A stretch of 62,017 bases of DNA, the filler included, from Choristocarpus tenellus KU-1152 (Eukaryota > Protista > Phaeophyceae): NCBI GenBank assembly GCA_964200185.2. It is 10 parts of 10 records of this genome, joined end to end, with 100 filler letters (N's around TTAATTAATTAA, not from the genome) between each part and the next. Parts side by side here need not be neighbours in the genome. Positions count along the whole stretch, not along the records: positions 51,792 to 58,519 come from CAXNAD020007477.1; positions 58,620 to 62,017 come from CAXNAD020020308.1; 8 more parts are not named here. One strand, 5' to 3'. A program made the translations under genes and the position numbers. This document shows, piece by piece, positions 52,951 to 62,017 of the stretch. How positions within the stretch are numbered: the first letter of the stretch is position 1; each line of letters opens with the position of its first letter. The notes beneath the pieces are model-generated. The model did no database searches, was not told the origin of the DNA, and was given only the letters and a program-made list of their open reading frames with translations.

Positions 52951-55900
52951 TCAAAGCCTCGGCCTATCTTGAGGATCATTGCCATTCACCGTATTGGTCC
53001 GCCAGATACCCAGATCCGACCCATGAGCAAAAAGGCTATCATCCCCGCCAATTGTCCCAACCCCTGCTCCTAGGCGGTATCCTCTCACAACACCTCCCCC
53101 ACCCAAGTCATATTCACTGCCACTGTTTTCCATGCGACCTCTATCATCCCATCCATTCTTATTCAACAGCTCCCTTGCACTCCGAACAGTCTCCTCACCA
53201 CGGGGCACAGCCATCCCAATATGGTAAGGTACGGCAGAGCTACAACTTGCTTCACATTTAACCTCACCCCTTCCCTGGGCCTTGTCCACATGCCCACCCT
53301 TGGCGAAATCCCCCACCTCAACAGCGGACACCTCATGGACCAGCTGAGAAGAGGGCATAGAGTCTCTACCCCCCTGTGCATATTGCAAAAAGTGAGGAAT
53401 AGGCATTGCACGCCTAGAGCGTGACATTGAGGACTGGACCCCACTACTACCAGCCTGATCATAGGAGGCCCAGGGGAGGCGGGTGGACGGCAACCTGGGT
53501 GATGAGAAATTGCGCTCCTTTCTTGGCGTTACTGCAACCGAAAAGTGTCCAGGATCCTGCAGAAGAGGGAGACAAAGGGCAGGCAATTGTAAATAGGAGA
53601 TGGAACAAGAAACAAAAGATTTGCTGAGTGATGAGTGATATATGAGAACAAGGATAGGGACCAGGGGAGAACTGGTTAATGGGGGATTGATAATTATACA
53701 GCACTCAAACCACTCCTACGATATATATTGGATTTATTGGAACCAAACTTCCATTCATATTTCAAGTTAAAATACATAAATTTGAGTGCATCTCCATTTT
53801 TATATAGCCGTTCAAAATATTTACAAATGTATACTCACAAACCTCAAGAATATGCCTGCACTCACATCAGAAAGGGCTCTGACATTACGTTGGCAACTCA
53901 AGGCCCCTGAAAAATCTGCTGAACAGAATGCTGGTCCATCCTCCCATGCATCTTGGTGGTTTAATTCTGGGCCCCCACCAAACCCATTTAGTTGCCCTTC
54001 CTTGAGCTGCGGGGGGATGTTGTGATGGCGGCCCTGGGAACTGACTGAAGCTACAGAAGATGAGGACCCAACTTCAAGTGAGAAACTTCTCGAGGGTTGT
54101 GACATATGATTACTGTCCTGGAAATCTCTCGGTGACCCACGGCTCTGACTCATAGGTAGCCTCAGATCGCTGCTCCAGGAGGCTTGGCCCTGCGGCACAT
54201 TGCTCCTGTTAGAAAATGACTTATCAGAGATCCGGTGATGTGAACCTCTACCCACGCTCAAATTTGCGTAAGCAGAGTGAGGAGGGGGCGAACATGGCTG
54301 CAGCAGGGGTGTCACACCTTGATGGTAAGGTCGGGAATCCATGTTACCCCCTACCACGCCACCTCCTTCAACCCCAATTCCCCACTGGTGCCCTTGCCCA
54401 TTGCCATTTGACTGCCGCTGGAGGGGATAGCCTTCCCCACCCCCCGCACCCCCACCATGGTGTGAACGACGGGGCACATTAAACTGAATCTCTCCCGAAG
54501 AAGTCTTATTTTGGCCTATGTAGTCAAAAGTGCCACCTCCCCTCTCACCTCCTATGCTCACCGCAACATTTCTATTGTCCTCGCCAAGGCGACAGGGATT
54601 TGGAGGGGGTAGCGGACTATGTCCATTGGTGTCTTGCATATCTAATCTAGCCCAGGTGGAGAACACAAGGCCAATTCCAATGGACGAGACTTGCCACCAC
54701 CATCATTGTACCCACCCTGACCTTGCTCTTGGTGCTGGGTTAAATCTTGACTTTGGTGATTCACTTGGGGAGCATAGTCTATCAAATCATGCGGTGGCAA
54801 GGATGTCATTGATGATTGGGGGTGGGAAATGCCTCCTCCAGAGCCTAAGCCACTATTTCCATGTTCCTCACTCCAGTGACGTTGACGGGACTGGACTGCC
54901 ACAGTCGATGACCCATTGAGATGTCTGCTCCCTTCTATGACCCCAACCCCTTTGCCACCATGACGAAACCCAGTCATGGATGTAGCCGACAAGAATGTCT
55001 GAGGGTGAGTTTTAGGGCTACCAACACGCTCCTGGGGCAACCACATGACTTTCCCATCAGAATCTGGGTGATGACGACGCGTAGGGTTCACAGTCCCTGG
55101 GCGCTGATGGAGTCGGTGAAATGTTGGAGGGAGGGCACCATTCACCATTAACCCACTTCCAGGATGAACGTTAGTGGGGAGCTGGTCAGGACGATTGAAG
55201 CTGGCACGGGCAGGAAATGTATTGCTGCGAGATCGTTGCATCTCCGACATAAGTCCCTCCTCAGTTGACCTTGCCGACACTGCTGACAGATGCCTCGCAT
55301 TTCTCACTGATGCGAGGTCACCCCACTGTGAATGTTGCTGCTCCTGGCCTGTCAGATGCCATCCTTGAGGAGGGGTGGGGCTGCAGAGCCCATGTTGAAC
55401 CACTGCCGAAGACCAACCCCCCTCTGGTGGAGGAGTGGTGTCCCTGTTGTGAAATCGCGAGGACTCCTGCCAGTTTGGGATTCTAGAGGTTGATGCCAAC
55501 CCCCTGCTCCTGGAACCGTCTCCAACACTCCCTCCACTCATGTCAACATGTGTGACACTTCTAACATCCCCACGCTCACCATTTGCCCTGTCTAAATGCT
55601 CATGGGAGGCAAGCACACGGCGGTTAGGCGCAACTGAGGGTCCTTTAATACCCCCATTAAGGTGGATGTGGTAGCGCAAAGGATCAGCCCAGTCTACCTT
55701 CAATGCAACACCTCCAACCACAAGAGGTGTACCACTGGACTGGGTCTGGACGTCAGCCCGGGAGACCTCCGTGACCTCAAGTCCCACCTCAGCAATACTG
55801 TTGTCCAGTGCTTGCACCTCATTCACCAGAGCAAGCTGCCCTGAACATACTGAAGATTCTCTTTCCCTCTCATCACGGCCAACACTAAGGGTGCCCTGAC

Positions 55901-57412
55901 TATTGTCACTTGACCAGCAACCCCAATGCCCTGACTGGGCAGACCATGTGCCGACCTTAGAACCCTCCCCACCTCCGTTACTGCTCAAGGTTTCTGGCTC
56001 AGTTGTCGAAGTCTCCACCCAGGGATCTGATGTGCTAGTAGATGAGGCAGTCCAAATGTCAATGTCAGCGGCAAACCCCCTCACCCCCCCTTGGCCCTCA
56101 TCTTCAAGCTGAGGGTGCGTGCTGGGATGGTGATGGTGAAGGTTGTAGATGGCTGCCGCCTCTTCATGTGTGTTAAACTCCAGGAAACAGAACGTACGGA
56201 TCTTGGTATTGTCCTCCTTGTCCGGGATGGGTTCCACTTTCTTCAGGCCCGGCTTTACCATCATATTTGGTAGGGTTGTGAGACAGCAATAGCGGGCAAG
56301 GGGAAAGGCATGGCAATAGGGAGGGAGGTAGTTGGCGGTTTTCTCGATAGGTGGTAAAAGAATAAATTGCCCTGCTAAAATAACAGGGACATACTTTCTG
56401 TCATCGGTGAAGATAGATAGGTGCCGTTGCATTTAGAAGTCCATCTTTTGTGAACCACAAGTGGGGAAGATGGGCGGCGTATTTCTAAGAGAGGGCGGGA
56501 CAGGGTTTCACACGGCGCGGCCTTGACTTGACAGTGAGAACTGATGCGGAACAACTACAACAATGTCACTCAGTCAAATGCATGAGACAAGTTTGGGGTC
56601 AAGATTACTTCGATGGGGAAAAAGGAAAGATGTTTGCGAAATTCGTCAACTTTTGAAGGTTTGTAATATGGAAGAAATATCAAGCCCTGGCGAGAGTGGA
56701 GTGGATTATCGGACCCTAACAAGAGAAACAAGGACTAGTGAAATGCAGGCAAGTCAACCTCAGGACAAATTCCGTAAATAGCCCTCACCATCTTCACTTG
56801 CAAGAGTTCGCAAAGTTCCTCCCTTGTCCACTCCTCCTTGAGATTTCCAACGAACAAAGTCCGATTCTCATCCGAAGGAAGTACTCCGAGGAATCGGCCA
56901 TGCTTGAATTCATACCGATGCATTGTGTCGATGGCACGATTAGCTTCTTCGCTTGTTGCGAACCGTACGTACCCATAACCTCTACAACGGCGCCTTCGTT
57001 TGTCCCGTGCGATTCGCACCTCTGTGATCTCCCCAGCACGGTGGAACCAGTCACGGAGCATGTCACGTCGAGTGCTCCTCGTGAGACCCCCGACAAAGAT
57101 CTCCACCCCATGCTTCATTGCAAAACCTCGTTTGACCCCCCATCCTCTCTTCCCTGATTCATCAACGCCGTCTTCGTCATCATCGTAGAACATCTCCTCT
57201 TCACTGAAAAATCCACCGTCACCATCATCAGCATCCACCTCGCTGGCGAGGGAAACCACACGTCTCCTTTGGGAACAGTGTGGTGTTTTCTCTGTGCTAA
57301 CTGAACCATCTTCTTCATTACCCGTCAATTCTTGGCAGCAAGTTCCCTCAGGAAAAGCCTGAGCATATCCCATGGCCAACTGCTGACCAAGGGATGGGGA
57401 AACGTAAGGCAT
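52951..57412 (-). CDS. hnRNP Q/R-like two-RRM RNA-binding protein with long disordered C-terminus (~1178 aa model)
   Basis: Exons 57412-56789, 56252-54722, 54641-53866 and 53556-52951 sum to 3537 nt in frame. RRM1 EIFVGGL...RGYGYVRF; linker GRFLGVLPSDENRTLFVGNL; RRM2 RTFCFLEFNTHEEAA...LKVDWADP. The 3' exon boundaries are less certain. Confidence 0.82.
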
Positions 57413-58385
57413 CGCAATTTCGTGTCGAAGTGCGTTGATCTTGCACGTGAAATGATTCCCACCGATAGAGACAGCTGAGCGGTCAATTTCTATTTGAGGT
57501 CCTTTTGGTCAGGATATGCCGATTTCTTCTCCGGAAAAAAGACTCCCACTCACATCGCCAGAAAGGAGACCACTCACTCACCTCTCACCCACACAATCCC
57601 TATGTACGCTAGGGTATCCACGGGGTGAACTACCTGCCCCTGGTGAAAAAAGAAGGATGAGGACGTTTTCCTCTCTTTTCACTCTTCACACTTCTCCACC
57701 CTTTAGATGGAACTACGTGTAGACTCCAAATGACCACTAATGATGCAAACAAAATATGTTGACTCTTTTCTGGAATTATATATTATACATTATTTACATC
57801 ACATCAAATATTATATAAGACAAACAGACCAGTGGAAGTAGCACAGAACATACAGTCAATCTGCTCTGGCGTCATCTAGTGCGTTTTCGCATTCATATAT
57901 ACAGTGACAGGTTTCTCAGAGAAAGGAAGTATTTTGAAATGGAGCAAGTGTGGAGGAAAAATCGAAATCAAAGCGACTGAACGTTATCCAATGATGATAT
58001 CAATTGTTTTGTTTTTGTGGTCTACTACTTCAATAACCTGCTATATATTAATTTTTTTTTATTTCTAGTTTACATCTAGTCCACTATTATCATGTGGAAG
58101 GTGGTAAGTACAACACAGTACTAAATCAATATGGATATATGGACGTACGAGAAATGGTCCGATTCAAAAACAGATTGGAAAAACGAGCGTACAATCAAAA
58201 CGGATTTCCAAGTTTGAAATCAATACATTTTGGAGCATTATTTATTCAAGTATGTATGTCAGGTACAGGTCGCCTTTTTGTTTTGCTCACGAATTCTGGA
58301 TTATTATTGTTATATTCTACATTTGTATTCCTCCCTATTCCCTTTTCTCCCACATTCTAACAACCCTTGTGACCAATCAGTGCGA

Positions 58386-58519
58386 CCTCTTCGCCACTGA
58401 TTTCCAGCCACCGTCCACATCTGATGACCAACCAGGGCGAACCCCTTTCGCCACTGATTTCCAGTCACCCCCTACATCTGATGACCAACCAGGGTGAACT
58501 CCCCTTCGCCCCTGATTTC
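58386..58519. repeat. Tandem repeat, 57-58 bp unit, at least 2.3 copies, running into contig end
   Basis: TTCGCCACTGATTTCCAG...CATCTGATGACCAACCAGGG.GAAC units start at 58390, 58447 and 58505. Confidence 0.85.
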
Positions 58520-58619
58520 NNNNNNNNNNNNNNNNNNNNNNNNNNNNNNNNNNNNNNNNNNNNTTAATTAATTAANNNNNNNNNNNNNNNNNNNNNNNNN
58601 NNNNNNNNNNNNNNNNNNN
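58520..58619. other. Artificial contig spacer
   Basis: 44 N + TTAATTAATTAA + 44 N. Confidence 0.98.
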
Positions 58620-58809
58620 GAGGAACATGGGGCAAAGTGTCTGGGGGGTGGGTGTGGTTTGTGAGGGGGCGTCCGTTTCGGTCCAACAACGTTTTTTTTT
58701 ATGACATCGCAAATCCGACACGTGCCACCAAATCACACCGAAAAAGTGAAAATCGAAAAAAGATTGAAAAACGGACGCCAACAACCCCCCCCCCCAGATA
58801 CTTTGACTC
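58620..58809 (-). mobile_element. Family G element, longest visible terminal piece
   Basis: Ends CCCCCAGATACTTTGACTC; the last 60 bp match 31513-31570. Confidence 0.7.
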
Positions 58810-58811
58810 AC

Positions 58812-58987
58812 ATTACTTGGTATTACAGCTTCCTTGGAATGGCATCCATGATCCGTTCATGAACCGCAGACAGTAGTGATGGTGTTGTTGTTGGTGGCTT
58901 AGGCGACCCTAGTCGCTGCTTTTTGGTGTGATGCATATTATTTGGTATTACAGCTTCCTTGGAATGGCATCTATCCATTCACGAACC
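58812..58987. repeat. Local direct repeat of ~50 bp
   Basis: ATTA(C/T)TTGGTATTACAGCTTCCTTGGAATGGCATC...GAACC at ~58812 and ~58937. Confidence 0.75.
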
Positions 58988-60374
58988 TCGTTGTGCTGTT
59001 AGGAACACACTCTTACCACCCCTGTTGGTTTGTACCCCTCGTGCTCCTACCCTCAACAACTCCCAAACTTTCTTGTCAAGGTCTTTTCTTGGAGGCATGA
59101 CTACGAGTTTTTCTCCTGTCCACCTCCCTCCGCAACCTCCCAAAAATCGATACTATAAAACTGCAAAATCAAGTAAGACGAGATGTAGACCTTCGTTCTA
59201 TAATAGTCCAATAGGTAACTAGGTCTCAATTCTCAATTACGAATGAATTGATCTACTGATTATCTTTATCCTCAATTCAAAGTCTGTATCACGAGCAGCA
59301 CAGACGCTCGAACTTCTCCGAATATGAAAGCTATGTTCCTCAACGTTCTGAATAATTTCTCTGATAGAGCATCTCAGGAATGAAGTATATCGGCATATCG
59401 TATGAAAACTTGCAAATATTAACAGCTTTTGATTCCTCTACAGAAATCGGGGTGTTTAGTTACGCTCTATCAACACTGAAATATGAAGAAATTCGATTTG
59501 AACAAACGGACAAACTCCCCTCCTTTTTTAAACTTGATGTTAAAAATGTATGGAAACACTTATGACATAGTAAAGTTGATGCCAGGTATGGAGAAACAAC
59601 AAATCCCACATTCGATACTTTAAAGTGCATCACAAGGTATGGAACCCCCTCCTATTTCTTCTTTTTATTAAATGCATGCATTCATGGTTCTTTTCGGTCT
59701 GTAAATGATGCCAAGTGTTCGTGTACATAACTTATAAACGTAGAAAGACTGCTCCTCACGTGTCTGGAAGTACATACCGGCAAGTATGACGGAAACCTTG
59801 CACCCCATATTTTGTGTATGTGGGTATGAAGGTTGACCTTGTGAAATTAACATCTAGTTGAGATCCTCAATAAAAAACAAGGAAATCGACACCAGGGGCC
59901 TATGTGGAAATTACCGTTCCTTCAGACAGCAGAAGGCACCGAACCCTTGGTAAACACCATGGGGGCATCTCCAAGCCTGCGGGGGCCCTCTTAACCCAAC
60001 CCTGCTCTCCGCGAACTGAGGTCACTTTTGGGGTGTTACTGTTACAGGCGTTGTGTCTTGATGATGGTTTCATAAACACCATTATGACCGTGAAGTCCTA
60101 GATTTGATATATTTGTACTTCTTGACTATTTATTTATTATTTAGTTATTATCATACCCCCAAATGGTACATCATCGGTGCCAGTTCCTTTTATAAGATGA
60201 TATTGACGATACTTATGAAGGGAATAATCCAAGTGAGAGATCCAGCATACTTGACGACTTGTGCATCAGGAGTCCTGTACGTGGATCATCATCATCTATA
60301 GGCTTGTGGACTAGCGCTATACATCCTGTGGAGGTAAGGCTCTGGAGCGTGCTATAACAATACTCTCCAAACAG

Positions 60375-60619
60375 AGTCGGGTAGGTTTGGAACCTTTAGC
60401 ATTCTATGCCATCCTTCTTACCCTGTGCAACGCCCTATATCCCATTGCTTTATGTGCACAATAGTGCATGCAAGATTGATATTCCCCCTTTCAACATATA
60501 GAGTGACACCACATTTTAGCAAAGGCTCTTTCTGCAATTGCACAAAATGGCATCGCTTTGCCCCTTCTCAGTACCCTTAAAATGTAAACCTGCACCTCCT
60601 CTCAGTTGGTTTGGCTCAC
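60375..60619. mobile_element. MITE-like family B, uninterrupted copy
   Basis: Aligns with 33700-33869 joined to 34133-34204; right end CCTCTCAGTTGGTTTGGCTCAC. Confidence 0.6.
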
Positions 60620-60699
60620 ACCAGAATGATATCCCCATGACCTATGGCAGGCGATCACTGCGACCAAGGAAGAGGTAGCAACAGAGGAAGGGTCCAGGG

Positions 60700-61880
60700 A
60701 ACACCAGCACAGGCCATCAATGGGGAAATACTCCCCAGTCTCCCTTCGCACAGCCTTCATGTGGGCAAATGGAAACTCCATTCCAGAACCTGATAGACTT
60801 CAGGTCAGCCACATCCACTCAGCCATCACCATGGATGTTGCCCATGAAGGCGTACCTACCGTGTTTGTCGATCTTGGGAATGCAATGTACTACTCCCCTG
60901 ATTCCCTCTCTCCTAAATTTTGGAGGCTTCATACATTCTCTAGTCTCTCTGCTCTGGGGGCGAAATGCTACCTTGTAGGTTGCAGTTCTTGCTTTAGGAG
61001 GCTTTGTGGCTCGGTACTCTGCTCTGACTGGCGTCCATACTCGGAGCAGCAGCAACTGAGTGATGTTGGTCAATTTGAGGTTGGTGTTCCAAATTGGGTG
61101 GTGGAGAGGCCCTACTGCACTCGTCCTTGGCATGAGTGTGGAGAATGGGTCGTAATCCTGGGCAGGAAAAGCACTTCAACCCCATTTGTCGTTGTGCCTT
61201 AATGGAGGCCCTCGCAGATGTCCTTCCTGAGCTCCTGCCCTATGTTGCTAAGGTTTGCGGTGGTTCACCAGAGCTACTCTCCCACTAGATAAGGGGGGGG
61301 TCTGAATTCCATCGTCTAGGTCGGAAGCCCAACAGAGTGACTCACTACGGCCTCCTCATATCCTGCCTTGCCACCTCCAAGGTACTCGAGAACATCTCTA
61401 CCACTATTGGCCTCCGGGGATCTCATCCAAACGTTATCCAGATTATTGATCTCTTTCTTCCCGTAGGCTTGATTCTCTACAACTGGCTGTGGAGGCCTTC
61501 TCCCAAGTTAAAACAAACGTACAGAGGATGCGGATTCTCCTAAATATGGCGAAGACCTTTGCCCCCCCCCCAAGGGCCACCAGCCCCTCCAGTCAGCGTT
61601 GGACCTCCTTGCCCTGGCGGGTATCAACTAGACACTTATGGTTTTGTGACCCTGGGTGCTCCCATTATTGGCACGGATGCTTTAATCCAGGGTCATATGG
61701 ATAGTCTTCTGGAAACCTTTGTCCCAAGTCTTGACGACTACATTACGGAGAGGGAGGACAAGGAAGCTGCATGCTTCCTCAACGCCTGCTACCTTTCCAT
61801 CCCCCTAACCTACTCAGTGAGGGTCACTCCCACAACTTGTGGGGCCAGCCATGTAACAGGTGGACAACAGTTCTCTATGG
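60700..61880 (+). mobile_element. Degenerate non-LTR retrotransposon reverse transcriptase (CRE-like)
   Basis: In collinear order across frameshifts: PEPDRLQVSHI (GPDGLRxEHL-like), LSALGAKCYLVGCSSCFRRL, GQFEVGVP, LNMAKT, GFVTLGAPIIGTDALI, LTYSVRVTP. Confidence 0.8.
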
Positions 61881-61995
61881 GCCGTAGAGAAGATTATGGA
61901 AGTTGTATTACAGGCGAATAGTGCAAGTATTTCTTCCTGTGTTCTAATAGGCGCGAGCAGTATACACGAGTGGGGAGCCCCTTAAAGGGGGAACT

Positions 61996-62017
61996 GGGTC
62001 AAAGTATCCAGAGGGGG
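61996..62017 (+). mobile_element. Family G TIR terminus at window end
   Basis: GGGTCAAAGTATCCAGAGGGGG. Confidence 0.7.

Noticed and set aside
52091-53261. Long + strand ORFs (171 and 269 aa)
   Set aside because: They are His/Pro/Thr-rich shadows antisense to the RRM gene's last exon and 3' region, with no domain or splice support.
3845-57412. Apparent cluster of RNA-processing genes (KH, symplekin, hnRNP Q/R-like)
   Set aside because: The three genes are on different contigs joined artificially, so there is no evidence of linkage.
3789-58575. Recurrent perfect palindrome TTAATTAATTAA as a biological repeat or CRISPR-like array
   Set aside because: Always centred in exactly 44+44 Ns; it is an assembly linker.

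Overview
Eukaryotic, intron-rich, repeat-rich DNA. A stramenopile, probably a brown alga or close relative, is inferred from the retroelement types, one-exon-per-repeat propeller exons and TTAGGG repeats; this is not proven. The window is not one locus. It is ten short contigs joined by nine identical 100-bp artificial spacers (44 N + TTAATTAATTAA + 44 N), so gene order across spacers means nothing. Hand-spliced GT-AG models give a complete HACD/PTPLA dehydratase and an apparently complete hnRNP Q/R-like RRM protein. They also give partial genes for family I pyrophosphatase, a KH protein, symplekin, an F-box-type LRR protein, a DEK_C protein, a Kelch protein, a WDR62/MAPKBP1-like WD40 protein, a beta-propeller repeat protein and one unrecognised protein. 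The rest is decayed retroelements (RTE-like and CRE-like LINEs, an inverted pair of Copia gag-protease relics) and small non-autonomous repeats. I found no convincing new multi-gene system, CRISPR array or intact RNA gene. The best leads are two MITE families sharing a GRGTSAAAGTATC end with 3- and 4-bp target duplications, a dispersed hairpin-ended element, an RRM split by a long insertion, and the unrecognised two-exon protein.
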